A stretch of DNA of 64,000 nt from Vulcanimicrobiota bacterium (GTDB lineage Bacteria; Vulcanimicrobiota; Vulcanimicrobiia; Vulcanimicrobiales; Vulcanimicrobiaceae), in contig CAWCIZ010000002.1 of NCBI GenBank assembly GCA_963795855.1, positions 352,001-416,000 on the forward strand, in the 5' to 3' direction. Within the stretch, counting starts at the first letter, position 1; the number at the start of each line of letters is the position of its first letter. The notes below the pieces were generated by a model that made no database searches, was not told the origin of the DNA, and saw only the letters and a program-made list of their open reading frames with translations. Positions 32,406 through 42,555 of the stretch are shown in pieces. The translations under genes were made by a program, and so were the position numbers.

Positions 32406-34541
32406 ATGACTTCTGAGAGTGGGATTGGCTCGCTTGTCGCCATTTATTTGGGCTTGGGCGCCGGGGTCGTGGCCATTCTGTATGGCCTGTACCTTATAAG
32501 CTGGGTGATGCGGCGCTCCCCGGGCAACGCGCGGATGCAAGAAATTGCCGCAGCGATCCAAGAGGGCGCGATGGCGTTCCTCAAGCGCCAGTACACGACG
32601 GTTGCAATCGTGGCAGTCGTGTTGTTCATCGTCATTTGGATCGGCTTAGGTTGGCAGCCCGGCGTGGGCTTTTTGATCGGCGCGGTCCTTTCCGGGGCGG
32701 CCGGCTTCATCGGCATGACCGTGTCGGTGCGCGCAAACGTGCGCACGGCAGAGGCGGCGCGCGGCGGATTGAGCCCCGCACTGCACGTTGCCTTTCGCGG
32801 CGGCGCGGTAACCGGACTCCTCGTCGTCGGCCTGGGCATTCTCGCGGTCGCAGGCTACTACTGGATTCTCTTGTCAGTGAACGCCGGCACTCCCGATCCG
32901 CAAGCTAAATCGCTTGGCGCCATGGTTGGGCTCGCGTTCGGATGCTCGCTGATTTCCGTTTTCGCGCGTTTGGGCGGCGGCATTTACACCAAGGCCGCCG
33001 ACGTCGGCGCAGATTTGGTCGGCAAGGTTGAAGCCGGCATCCCGGAAGACGATCCGCGCAATCCGGCCGTTATTGCGGACAACGTCGGCGATAACGTGGG
33101 CGACTGCGCCGGCATGGCCGCGGACTTGTTCGAAACGTACGTCGTGACGACCGTTGCCGCGATGCTCTTGGGTAATCTCATTCTCGGAAAGATCGCGGGC
33201 GCGACGACGTTTCCGATCGTGCTCGGCGCGGTTTCGATCGTCGCATCGATCATCGGCACGCTCTTCGTCGGCATCGGCAAAGTCGATCGCGCGAAAATCA
33301 TGAACTCGCTCTACGTCGGCCTGGCGATTGCCGGACTGATCTCCGCGGGGGTGTTCTACTGGGTCACCACCAAGCAATTCGGCGGCGGGATTTTCGTCGA
33401 AGGCCGTCACGAAACCGCGGTGGCGATTTGGGGCTGTGCCGCGATCGGTCTCGTGATTACGGGCCTGATCACGTGGATTACGGAGTACTACACCGGCACG
33501 CAGTTCTCGCCGGTGAAACGCATTGCGAACGCATCGATTACCGGACACGCTACGAACATCATAAGCGGGCTTGCGGTGTCGATGCAGGCAACGGCGCTGC
33601 CGGGCCTGGTCATCGTCATCGGCATCCTGTGCTCGTACGCGCTTTCAGGCTTGTACGGCGTGGGCATTGCGGTGATGGCGATGCTGTCGATGGCCGGTAT
33701 CATCGTCGCGATCGATTCCTTCGGACCGATCACCGACAACGCGGGCGGCATCGCGGAAATGGCCGAGCTGCCGCAGGAGGTTCGCAACGTCACCGATCCC
33801 TTGGACGCGGTCGGCAACACCACGAAGGCCGTCACGAAAGGCTATGCGATCGGTTCGGCGGGACTTGCGGCGATCGTGCTGTTCGCGTCGTTCCTTCAGG
33901 AACTGGCGAACCACTGTTCCGCAGCCGGGATGCACTGTCCGGCGAATTTGCAGGGCGAGTTCATCATCAGCAATCCGTTCGTACTCGCCGGATTGCTGAT
34001 CGGCGGCATGCTTCCGTTCTTCTTCTCTTCACTATCGATGGAAGCGGTCGGCCGCGCGGGCGGCAAAGTGGTCGAGAACGTGCGCATGCAGTTCAAGAAC
34101 AATCCGGGCATCATGGCGGGAACTTCGCGTCCCGATTACGCCTCGACCGTCGACATCGTTACGCGGGCGGCGCTGAAAGAAATGATCGTGCCGGCGCTCA
34201 TACCGGTCGGCGTTCCAGTGATCGTCGTGATCTTGGGAGCGATCCACGTGTTTCCGGGAATCGCGGCCGCGCAAATCATGGGCGGCATTCTCGTCGGTGC
34301 AATCGTCACCGGGCTCTTCCTCGCGATCGCGATGACCAGCGGGGGCGGCGCGTGGGACAATGCAAAGAAGTATATCGAAGACGGGCATAACGGCGGCAAA
34401 GGTTCCGACGCGCACAAAGCGGCGGTAACGGGCGACACGGTGGGCGATCCGTACAAAGACACGGCCGGCCCAGCCATCAACCCGATGATTAAGGTGCTCA
34501 ACATCGTTGCGCTTTTGCTCGTGGCCTTTATGATTCACTAG
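32406..34541 (+). CDS. hppA: Membrane-bound H+-translocating pyrophosphatase, K+-independent type
   Basis: [51 protein letters not shown]. Confidence 0.95.
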   Translation: MTSESGIGSLVAIYLGLGAGVVAILYGLYLISWVMRRSPGNARMQEIAAAIQEGAMAFLKRQYTTVAIVAVVLFIVIWIGLGWQPGVGFLIGAVLSGAAGFIGMTVSVRANVRTAEAARGGLSPALHVAFRGGAVTGLLVVGLGILAVAGYYWILLSVNAGTPDPQAKSLGAMVGLAFGCSLISVFARLGGGIYTKAADVGADLVGKVEAGIPEDDPRNPAVIADNVGDNVGDCAGMAADLFETYVVTTVAAMLLGNLILGKIAGATTFPIVLGAVSIVASIIGTLFVGIGKVDRAKIMNSLYVGLAIAGLISAGVFYWVTTKQFGGGIFVEGRHETAVAIWGCAAIGLVITGLITWITEYYTGTQFSPVKRIANASITGHATNIISGLAVSMQATALPGLVIVIGILCSYALSGLYGVGIAVMAMLSMAGIIVAIDSFGPITDNAGGIAEMAELPQEVRNVTDPLDAVGNTTKAVTKGYAIGSAGLAAIVLFASFLQELANHCSAAGMHCPANLQGEFIISNPFVLAGLLIGGMLPFFFSSLSMEAVGRAGGKVVENVRMQFKNNPGIMAGTSRPDYASTVDIVTRAALKEMIVPALIPVGVPVIVVILGAIHVFPGIAAAQIMGGILVGAIVTGLFLAIAMTSGGGAWDNAKKYIEDGHNGGKGSDAHKAAVTGDTVGDPYKDTAGPAINPMIKVLNIVALLLVAFMIH

Positions 34542-34644
34542 CCGGCGAAACGCCGGTTTCGGCGAGCGATTCGAACGAGCGTTCTCTTGCGAGAGGGCGC
34601 TCGTTTCGTTTTCGTTAGTCTGCGCAGAGAGGAATATATCGCGC

Positions 34645-35553
34645 ATGAACCGCTTCGTCGCCGTGCTCACCGCAGCTGCTCTGGCGTTGGCCTGCGCCGC
34701 GCCAGGGCTTGCGTACACGCAAGAACAGCAGACCGAACTGCAAATCGGGCAGCAAGAGTACCAGCAACTGCAGCAAAAGGGCGAAATCGTCACCAACTCG
34801 CCCTACTATGACGTCCTCAACCCGATCGCGCAGCGGATTGCGCGCGTCGCGGACTCGCAGTACTTCGTTCCATTTCACTTCATCTTGGTGAACGAGACGG
34901 ACCCGAATGCATTCGCGGTCCCGGGCGGCAACGTGTACGTGACGACGGCGATGATGCGTTTCGTGAAGAACAAGGAAGAGTTGGCGGGCGTGCTGTGCCA
35001 CGAGACCTCGCACGACATCCATCACGACGTGTACAACTTATACGTAAAGGATCAGCGGCTCTCGCTGTATGCCACGGGTCTGAGCATTTTGCTGGGCGGA
35101 CGCAGCCAACTCGCCAACACGCTCATCAATTTCGCCGCGAACATTCAGGCGCTTCATTTTTCTCGCAACGTTGAAGAGGACGCGGATCACAAAGGCGCGA
35201 TCACGTGCGCGCAGGCGGGACTGGATCCCTACGGCATGGTCTGGTTGATGCAGGCGTTCCAAAACAGCAACATGGCAAATCCGCCGGAGTTTTTGTCCGA
35301 TCACCCGAGCGACGTCCATCGCGTTCAAGCGCTGCAGAGCGAGTTCGCTGCGGATCCCTCGCTGTTCGGGAATTACAATCCGAACTCCGCGTGCGGCACG
35401 CCGCTGAGTTATTCGGGTTTTTACGATCAATACCGCGGTGGCTGCGGAGCAGTACGGCGTCAATCGAGTGCGGGCCAGGCGCATGCGAGACCCGCTTCGC
35501 CGGCACGACCTGGTGCGAAGCCCACCTGTCCGCCGAATTGGAAGTACTGCTAA
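34645..35553 (+). CDS. M48-family zinc metallopeptidase, secreted
   Basis: Signal peptide, NAFAVPGG, HETSH, FSR..E..AD, LSDHP. Confidence 0.88.
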   Translation: MNRFVAVLTAAALALACAAPGLAYTQEQQTELQIGQQEYQQLQQKGEIVTNSPYYDVLNPIAQRIARVADSQYFVPFHFILVNETDPNAFAVPGGNVYVTTAMMRFVKNKEELAGVLCHETSHDIHHDVYNLYVKDQRLSLYATGLSILLGGRSQLANTLINFAANIQALHFSRNVEEDADHKGAITCAQAGLDPYGMVWLMQAFQNSNMANPPEFLSDHPSDVHRVQALQSEFAADPSLFGNYNPNSACGTPLSYSGFYDQYRGGCGAVRRQSSAGQAHARPASPARPGAKPTCPPNWKYC

Positions 35554-35560
35554 GACCGGC

Positions 35561-36286
35561 CTACCAGCTGCCCGAAGCGCCGCCTCCGCCGAAGCCGATT
35601 CCCGAGAACCCGCCGGAAATTCCACCGCCCGAAAAACCGCCGCCTCCGCCGCCGCCGTACCAGCCGCCACCCAGGCCGGAGCCCCAATACCACATCGAGC
35701 GGCCGCGTCTGCTGAAAAGCGAACCGATGAACAGCATAAATAGCGTGATGGCGATGACTGCGATGATCAGCACGGCGACCGCATCGCTGGAGTTCAGCGT
35801 TTCGGGCGCAGGCGTTGCTTGAGCGTTCGTGCGGTTCTTGAACGACGGCGTGATCGTGAGCAGCATGCCGTTTACGCCGCCGGCGATTGCACCGTCGACG
35901 TCGCCGGCGCGCATCCGCGGCACGATCGTATCGCGAATGATGCGGCTGCTGTCCGCGTCCGTAAGTGACGACTCCAACCCGTATCCGACTTCGATGCGAA
36001 CTTTGTGATCTTGCATGAACGCAAAGAGCACCGCTCCTTTGTCGTTCGCGCCGCGCAGCTTCCATTTCTCGGCCGCGTTGACCGTCCAGTCTTCCAGCGG
36101 CGTATCGCCGGTCGTCCGGTCGACGTAGACGATGATGCGGTTGCCTGTTGCATCGTAATACGATTGCAATTCTTGGGAGATCGATTGGGCGGCAGACGCG
36201 CTGAGCGCGTGCGCATTATCGGTGACGTACTCCTGCGGCGCGGGCGGCACCGCCACCGTCGCGGCGAAAACGAGCGCTGCGATCAT
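35561..36286 (-). CDS. TPM-domain protein with Gly-rich tail (YgcG-like)
   Basis: YVTDNA, RIEVGYGLE..LTD, GGFSGGG..GGGGASGSW. Confidence 0.9.
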   Translation of the reverse strand: MIAALVFAATVAVPPAPQEYVTDNAHALSASAAQSISQELQSYYDATGNRIIVYVDRTTGDTPLEDWTVNAAEKWKLRGANDKGAVLFAFMQDHKVRIEVGYGLESSLTDADSSRIIRDTIVPRMRAGDVDGAIAGGVNGMLLTITPSFKNRTNAQATPAPETLNSSDAVAVLIIAVIAITLFMLFIGSLFSRRGRSMWYWGSGLGGGWYGGGGGGGFSGGGISGGFSGIGFGGGGASGSW

Positions 36287-36666
36287 ACCGTCACCTTCGC
36301 CGGAAAGTGCGCGCGCAACTGATCGCCGACACGAGCGATGCCGAGCTCGAGTGCGGCGGTAGGGTCGCCCTTCGCGAAATAGGGCTGCATCTCGTCGACG
36401 AGCCGCGTCCAAAACTTCTCGCCGACGCGATCGTGAATGGCTTCGTCGCCGAAGACGGAGAAGCGCCGCGCCTTCGGCGCGACGAAAAATACGACGGCGT
36501 TGCGGTGGCGGTGCTCGTGCATATGCGCGGCCGCGAAATGCCGGCGCGCGTCCTCCAGCGCATCTGCGCTGCCGTGGGGGACGATCCGCACGCCGATTCG
36601 GCCCGTGGTTCCGTGCTCGGCGGCGTCGATCGCCTTGCGGATTCGAGCCCCGTCCGGAGGTTTCAC
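36283..36666 (-). CDS. Short TPM-domain protein
   Basis: AIDAAEHGTTG, RNAVVFFVA, GDEAIH, LRAHFP. Confidence 0.85.
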   Translation of the reverse strand: MKPPDGARIRKAIDAAEHGTTGRIGVRIVPHGSADALEDARRHFAAAHMHEHRHRNAVVFFVAPKARRFSVFGDEAIHDRVGEKFWTRLVDEMQPYFAKGDPTAALELGIARVGDQLRAHFPAKVTV

Positions 36667-37291
36667 GGGAAGTTCACTTGCGGCGCCGTCTGCGCGCCCG
36701 GCTGCGCTTGGAAGTACGACTTGTCGTTGAAGCGCGCTCCGAAAAAGTTCGCGTACACGTTCGTCGGGAAGGTATTGCGGCGCGTGTTGAACGCTTGCGC
36801 CGCTTCGTTGTACCGGCGGCGTTCGACCGCGATGCGGTTTTCAGTCCCTTCGACTGCGCTTGCAGTGTGAGAAAGTTCTCGTTCGCCTTGAGTTGCGGGT
36901 AATTTTCAACCGTGACGAGCAGCCGGGAAAGCGCACCGCCGAGCGAATCTTGCGCCTGCTGGAACTGCGCCATCGCTCTGGGGTCATTAACGGCGTTTTT
37001 CACCACGTCGGGCGAGAGCTGACCGACGCTCGCCCGTGCTTGCGTCACGGCGATATACGTGCTCTTCTCGAAACTTGCCGCGCCTTTGACGGTTGCAACG
37101 AGGTTGGGAACGAGATCGGCGCGCCGCTGGTACACGTTTTGCACCTGCCCCCATTGGGCATCGACGGCTTGACCGAGACCGACGAGCGCGTTGTACGACG
37201 AGATCATCGTAATAACGATGATGATGCCGACGGCGAGCGCGATCCAGCCTGCGTACGAGCGCCGTTGCGGCTGTATCTGTTGCATGTGCAT
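36663..37291 (-). CDS. lemA: LemA family protein; frameshift near 36850
   Basis: YQRRADLVPNLVATVKG, ENYPQLKANENF; EGTENRIAVERRRYN in second frame. Confidence 0.92.
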
Positions 37292-37313
37292 CTCCCCTCG
37301 CGAGCGTTGTACT

Positions 37314-37847
37314 CTAGATGGAACGCGGTTGTTGCATGCCCGTGCTGATTCGGTATTTTTGGTAGATGGCGTAGTATGACGTTATGAGGGCGGCGATGGC
37401 AAAGGCCAGGAGCGCGTCTCCGCCCAGCGCGGCGCCGGACCGCGCCTGCGGCAGGAACGCGCGCAACGCGGCGCGCGCGAGGAACGCCACGAGCCAAATC
37501 CCGATGATGACGGGCGAACTGCGCACGTACATCACGCCTGGGCGGTCGGTGGGTTTGACGTCGCTATGCCGGCCGCGCAGCAGTCCCAGCGGAATGCCGA
37601 GCGCAGCGCCGACGATCATCAGCGCGGCGATCTGCCAGGCGGCAGGCGGAAGCTGTCCGCGCAGCATCGACGCGTACGTGTTCGCCCAAATGCTGAAGCC
37701 CGTGAGGGCGAGCAAGACGATCGGCACGATCCACAAACGCGTGAGGCTCATACGCTGCGGGCGCGCCATACGCCACACGAACAGCGCGATGATGACGACG
37801 TAAAACAGCGCGGTCATGGCGAAGGGCGGCTGATGTTCCGGCTGCAT
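37314..37847 (-). CDS. Membrane protein (DUF1453/CcdC-like)
   Basis: Multiple TM helices, RLWIVP, GLLRG. Confidence 0.6.
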   Translation of the reverse strand: MQPEHQPPFAMTALFYVVIIALFVWRMARPQRMSLTRLWIVPIVLLALTGFSIWANTYASMLRGQLPPAAWQIAALMIVGAALGIPLGLLRGRHSDVKPTDRPGVMYVRSSPVIIGIWLVAFLARAALRAFLPQARSGAALGGDALLAFAIAALITSYYAIYQKYRISTGMQQPRSI

Positions 37848-37925
37848 TCAATAACACTCCGTCGGAAAGCAGAAACGGCGGCCTCCTTACGGAACCCGCC
37901 GTCTACTTTTCTGCGCGAGCCGCCT

Positions 37926-38360
37926 TTACTTCTTTACCATGATGTTTTGATCGGGGCCCTGACCGTCAATTTGGATGACCGACGGGGCCGATCGCGTAAA
38001 GGCGTAATGCCGCACGTTTGCCGGCATCGCAACGAAACTGCCGGGCGGGAACGCGGCGGCCTTGGCTTTATCCAGAGTCGAGCCGACTCCCGCGTAGAAC
38101 ATTCCCGAAATAACCGTCACGTTTTCCTGGCGCGGATGGTAGTGCACGCCGAAAGTCCAGTTCGGCGGCAATTTAAGACGCAGTACGTAAAACCCGGGCT
38201 TTGAGGGGTCGCCGTACAACACGGCCATCGACGATTTGTCCGGCTGCGGCGCCCATGCGATCTGATTCGGCATGACGATCTTCGGGCTAGGACCTGCCCA
38301 TGCCGCGGCGCACAAACCGAGCGCGATGGCGAACGCGAGTACAACACGCATTGTATGCAT
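37926..38360 (-). CDS. Secreted cupin-domain protein
   Basis: LYGDPSKPG, HYHP..ENVTVISG, PPGSF..MPA...HYA. Confidence 0.85.
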   Translation of the reverse strand: MHTMRVVLAFAIALGLCAAAWAGPSPKIVMPNQIAWAPQPDKSSMAVLYGDPSKPGFYVLRLKLPPNWTFGVHYHPRQENVTVISGMFYAGVGSTLDKAKAAAFPPGSFVAMPANVRHYAFTRSAPSVIQIDGQGPDQNIMVKK

Positions 38361-38395
38361 AGCCTGCACCTCCGGCAAAAAGGTAGCACAGCGTC

Positions 38396-38431
38396 AAACA
38401 AAAACCCACCGTGCCATTCGGCCCGGTGGGT
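38396..38431 (-). terminator. Rho-independent terminator downstream of rplL and repeat B
   Basis: ACCCACCG...CGGTGGGT stem followed by TTTTGTTT on minus strand. Confidence 0.7.
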
Positions 38432-38439
38432 GCATTTTG

Positions 38440-38679
38440 CGGCAACGCTGGAGCGGCCGGCACGATAACGTTGTAAACGTCTATTTCGCTCGGGCGATCC
38501 GGGGCGCCGAAAGCCGACGTGTGCTACGGCACACGAGGGTTTTCGGCAACGCTGGAGCGGCCAGCACGATAACGGTGTAAACGTCTATTTCGCTCGGGCG
38601 ATCCGAGGCGCCGAACGCCGACGTGTGCTACGGCACACGAGGGTTTTCGGCAACGCTGGAGCGGCCAGCGAAATAACGT
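38440..38679. repeat. Repeat family B: 104-bp structured tandem repeat, ~2.3 copies
   Basis: CGGCAACGCTGGAGCGGCC at 38440, 38544 and 38648; about 4 substitutions between units; hairpin CGTGTGC-TACG-GCACACG. Confidence 0.92.
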
Positions 38680-38681
38680 TT

Positions 38682-39059
38682 TTACTTGATTTCGACTTTT
38701 GCGCCGGCTTCTTCAAGTTTCTTCTTGACCGCCTCCGCCTCGTCTTTGCTCACGCCTTCCTTCACGGCTTTGGGCGCGCTCTCGACGAACGTCTTGGCTT
38801 CGGTCAGACCGAGGCTGGTGAGTTCGCGAACGGCTTTGATGACTTTGATTTTTTCCGGTCCGGCTTCGGCGAGCACGACGTCGAATTCCGTCTTCTCGGC
38901 GACCGGAGCGGCTGCTCCCGCGCCTGCGCCCGGAGCGGCCATCATCATCGCCGGGGCGGCGGCGCTGACGCCATACTTGTCTTCGAGCTGCTTGACGAGA
39001 TCCGCGAGCTCCAGCACGGTGAGCTTATCGATTGAATCGATGATTTCGGCAACTGGCAT
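38682..39059 (-). CDS. rplL: 50S ribosomal protein L7/L12
   Basis: [35 protein letters not shown]. Confidence 0.98.
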   Translation of the reverse strand: MPVAEIIDSIDKLTVLELADLVKQLEDKYGVSAAAPAMMMAAPGAGAGAAAPVAEKTEFDVVLAEAGPEKIKVIKAVRELTSLGLTEAKTFVESAPKAVKEGVSKDEAEAVKKKLEEAGAKVEIK

Positions 39060-39184
39060 GATACGTTGAGGTCTCCTTTAAAGAAAAATTCACTGCGCGA
39101 ATTTTTGGCGCTTCATACCGCTTTGCAACGGTGCAGCAAAAACGGTATTGCGCGCCCCGCCCAAACTATCGCGGGCGGGTCCTG

Positions 39185-39718
39185 CTAAGCGTTGGAACCC
39201 GCGGCTTCTTTTTGCTCGCGGATGGCGTTGAGGGCGCGGACGAGACCGCTTTGATTGCCCGAAAGCACGGTGACCAGACCGCGCAGCGGGCTTGCGATGG
39301 AACCGACCATCTTCGCGAGTAATTCTTCGCGCGAAGGCAGCGCCGCGAGCACCTTGACGGCGGCGGCATCGAGCACGCGGCCTTCGACGTATGCGGCTTT
39401 GACTTCGATCGGTTTGACCTCGTCCGAGAATTTCTTGATCGCCTTGGCCGGGCCCACCGGATCTTTTCCGGCGAACACGACGGCGGTCGGGCCGTGGAGA
39501 AACTGCTCGAGTTGCTTGGCGAGTTCGTCGCCGGCGGCAATCGAAAACAGCGTGTTTTTTGCGACCGCGTACGAGCTGCCGTCTTTGCGAAGCTCGCCGC
39601 GCAAGCGCGTGATCTCTTCGACGGTCAGTCCCGCATAGTTCGTGAAGAACAGATTACCGGAACCCGAGATGCGATCTTTGAGTTCCGAAATCGCGGCTTC
39701 TTTTTTTGCGGTTGGCAT
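39185..39718 (-). CDS. rplJ: 50S ribosomal protein L10
   Basis: YAGLTV, AKNTL, GPTAV, LAALPSREELL. Confidence 0.97.
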   Translation of the reverse strand: MPTAKKEAAISELKDRISGSGNLFFTNYAGLTVEEITRLRGELRKDGSSYAVAKNTLFSIAAGDELAKQLEQFLHGPTAVVFAGKDPVGPAKAIKKFSDEVKPIEVKAAYVEGRVLDAAAVKVLAALPSREELLAKMVGSIASPLRGLVTVLSGNQSGLVRALNAIREQKEAAGSNA

Positions 39719-39734
39719 AAAGCTCCCTAAAAAG

Positions 39735-39890
39735 AATAAAGCGCTCCATCCGCACCGGAGGAACGCCATTACGCCAGAGCAGACGCGCCGAACTACACGC
39801 TCGGCCGCTCGAAAGCATCAATCACGTCCTCGGTAGGCGTCGCTTGCGACATTAAAGCCCTTGCGGGCGGCCTACGGTCATCGGAGCCGT
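39735..39890 (-). promoter_or_regulatory. L10 leader (rplJ autoregulatory RNA)
   Basis: Minus strand CCGATGACCGTAGG...TTAA...CCTACCGAGG pattern directly upstream of rplJ; boundaries approximate. Confidence 0.75.
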
Positions 39891-39972
39891 CCGTCATCAT
39901 AACAAATACCGGGGTGCGCAGCAAGCGCCGACGAAAGTGGCACCCCGGGTCGCCGACAAGGAGGCCAGTTCG

Positions 39973-40647
39973 ATGAACCGCAAGACGTTTCTCATGTCGA
40001 CGTCAGCTTTAGGTGCTGCCTGCGAGTTTCCGATCGCGGCTGGGGCCGCGAACGCGCATGCGGCGATGTCCGCGCCCGAGGCGCTGGCGGCGCTTCTGGA
40101 GGGCAACGCGCGCTTTGCCGCCGGGAATCCGACCTGCCGCCCGCTTATGGAGCGAGTGCGCGAACTGGCGAACGGACAAGCGCCGTTCGCTACGGTCTTG
40201 GGATGCGCGGATTCACGCGTCCCGGTGGAGACGATTTTCGATCGCGAGCCCGGCGACATCTTCGTGATCCGGCTGGCCGGGAATTTCGTCACCGAGGCAG
40301 CGCTCGGCTCGATCGAATACGCCGTGCAAGTGTTGAAATCACCGCTGGTGCTGGTGCTCGGACATACGTCATGCGGCGCGGTGAAGGCGGCGGTCGATTT
40401 CGTCGAAACCGGCGCGACGCTTCCCGGACATATGCAAACCCTGGCCGGGGCGATCGAGCCGGCTGCTAAAGCGGTGCGCGCGGAGGCGGGCGATTGGTGG
40501 CATAACGCCGTGATCGAAAACGTCCGCATGAATGCGGCACACTTGCGCGCGTCGACTCCGATTCTCAGCGAAGCGGTCGCAAAACACGACGTACAGATCA
40601 AAGGCGGCGTGTACGATCTGAGCACCGGGCACGTCACGCTCGTCTAA
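39973..40647 (+). CDS. Beta-carbonic anhydrase with Tat-like leader
   Basis: LLEGNARF, GCADSRV, LGHTSCGAV, YDL.TG.V; N-terminus MNRKTFL. Confidence 0.9.
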   Translation: MNRKTFLMSTSALGAACEFPIAAGAANAHAAMSAPEALAALLEGNARFAAGNPTCRPLMERVRELANGQAPFATVLGCADSRVPVETIFDREPGDIFVIRLAGNFVTEAALGSIEYAVQVLKSPLVLVLGHTSCGAVKAAVDFVETGATLPGHMQTLAGAIEPAAKAVRAEAGDWWHNAVIENVRMNAAHLRASTPILSEAVAKHDVQIKGGVYDLSTGHVTLV

Positions 40648-40717
40648 CGTTTACGTTTTCGCGGCGTAATCCGTATGGCTCATCCCCTACGCGAAGCGCA
40701 CCGCGAAGGCGTACTTT

Positions 40718-41320
40718 ATGTCTATGCCTATTTCTGCGGTCATGTTTTTCAGATCCGGCGGCAACGCGCGCGCGCTCTACGACGACGTCATCGATGAAAT
40801 GGGCGTGCGCGACAACGCTCCGCGCGGCGCGATCTATCATTGGTGCGCGCCGGTCGAGGGAGGCTTGCGCGCGTGCGACGCGTGGGAGACGCGCGAAGAT
40901 TTCGAACGTTTCGCGCACGATTTCATCGGACCCGCTAGTGTCAAACACGGCTTGGCGGCGCCGGACGTGGACGTGCAAACGATTCACGAACTGATCGTCG
41001 GACGCGAAACGTCGCGCGCGGGAACGGGCGTATTCCTCGACTTTGACGGGGACAGCGACGAGTTGCTTCGCAAGATCGACTCCGTCAACGAGCGTCTACA
41101 CGTCACGGCGCAACCGCCCGAGGGGCTGGCATTTCACTGGTCGGCTCCCTCGGCGAAGGGCGTGCGCGTGATCGATCACTGGCGCTCGCGCGAAGACTTC
41201 GAGCGATTCGTCCAAACGCGGCTCGCCGACGCGCTCGGGCGCGTTAGCGTGCCGCAGCCGCGCATTCAGTACTTCGAGGTGTACAACACGATCGACCGGC
41301 GGGTAGCGGCGCGGTTGTAA
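40718..41320 (+). CDS. Hypothetical protein with two tandem ABM-like domains
   Basis: Two copies of P.G...HW.AP...G.R..D.W..REDFERF. Confidence 0.7.
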   Translation: MSMPISAVMFFRSGGNARALYDDVIDEMGVRDNAPRGAIYHWCAPVEGGLRACDAWETREDFERFAHDFIGPASVKHGLAAPDVDVQTIHELIVGRETSRAGTGVFLDFDGDSDELLRKIDSVNERLHVTAQPPEGLAFHWSAPSAKGVRVIDHWRSREDFERFVQTRLADALGRVSVPQPRIQYFEVYNTIDRRVAARL

Positions 41321-41344
41321 AGCCGCGCCGCTGCACGGTGCGAG

Positions 41345-42046
41345 TTATGCGTGCGTTTTCACGCGATTCGGATCGACCTTTACGCCGGGTCCCATCGTGC
41401 TGGTCAGCGTAATGCTTCGCAGATACGTGCCCTTGGCAGCGGCCGGCTTGGCGCGAACGATCGCGTCGAGCAGCGTCGCGACGTTTTCTGCGAGCTGCTC
41501 TTCGCCGAAACTTGCCTTTCCGACGATCGTGTGAATGATTCCGCTCTTGTCCAGACGGTACTCGACTTTACCGGCTTTGATGTCGCGAATCGCGCCCGCG
41601 ATGTTCGCGGAAACCGTACCAGCCTTCGGGTTCGGCATTTTCTGCGCGAGAATACGGCCGAGTTCCTTACCAACCCCCGCCATCATGTCGGGCGTCGCAA
41701 CGGCAACGTCGAAGTCGGCGAAGCCGCCCTTCACTTTGTCGATTAGGTCTTGCTCGCCGACGACGTCGGCCCCGGCGGCTTGCGCCGCCTTGGCATTGTC
41801 GCCTTTCGCAAACGCGATGACCCGAACGGTGCGGCCCGTGCCGTGCGGCAGCAAAACGGTGCCGCGCACGTTCTGATCGCTCTTCTTCGGATCCACGCCC
41901 AAGCGGATGTGCGCTTCGACGGTTTCGTCGAATTTCGCGCTTGCGTTCTTCTTCACGATCGCGACGGCTTCGGTCGCGTCGAACAGTTGCTTGCGATCGT
42001 ACGTTCCGGCGACGGCGCGGAAACGCTTACCGTGAAAACGTGCCAT
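41345..42046 (-). CDS. rplA: 50S ribosomal protein L1
   Basis: [34 protein letters not shown]. Confidence 0.98.
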   Translation of the reverse strand: MARFHGKRFRAVAGTYDRKQLFDATEAVAIVKKNASAKFDETVEAHIRLGVDPKKSDQNVRGTVLLPHGTGRTVRVIAFAKGDNAKAAQAAGADVVGEQDLIDKVKGGFADFDVAVATPDMMAGVGKELGRILAQKMPNPKAGTVSANIAGAIRDIKAGKVEYRLDKSGIIHTIVGKASFGEEQLAENVATLLDAIVRAKPAAAKGTYLRSITLTSTMGPGVKVDPNRVKTHA

Positions 42047-42470
42047 TACGCTTCCACCTCCACGCCCATCGAACGCGCCGTTCCGGCAATGATCAGCTTG
42101 GCGGCGTCGATGTCGTTGGCGTTGATGTCGGGCATCTTCACCTTCGCGATCTCCTCGAGCTGCGATTGCGGAGCTTGCCGACTTTGTTGCGGTTCGGCTC
42201 TTTCGAACCGGACTCGATTTTCAACGCCTGCTTGATGAGGAACGACGCCGGCGGCGTCTTCGTAATGAACGTGAACGTGCGATCTTCGAATACTGTAATC
42301 TCGACCGGAATGATCATGCCCGCCTGCGAGGCAGTACGTTCGTTGTACTGCTTGCAAAAGTCCATGATATTCAAACTGTACGGTCCGAGTGCGGGACCGA
42401 TCGGGGGCGCGGGCGTTGCTTTCCCGGCCGGAATTTGCAGGCCGATCTTGCCTACGACTTTCTTCGCCAT
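42046..42470 (-). CDS. rplK: 50S ribosomal protein L11; frameshift near 42175
   Basis: [30 protein letters not shown]...GTARSMG in second frame. Confidence 0.96.
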
Positions 42471-42555
42471 TGTTTACCTTTCGTTCCTAAGAACTGCCCC
42501 TACCTAAACTCACGCGCCCGGGGTCGCTGCCGCGTGAGAATCCGTCAGCGAAACG

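Noticed and set aside
38440..38679. Possible CRISPR array
   Set aside because: Whole 104-bp units repeat with no unique spacers, and no cas genes are in the window
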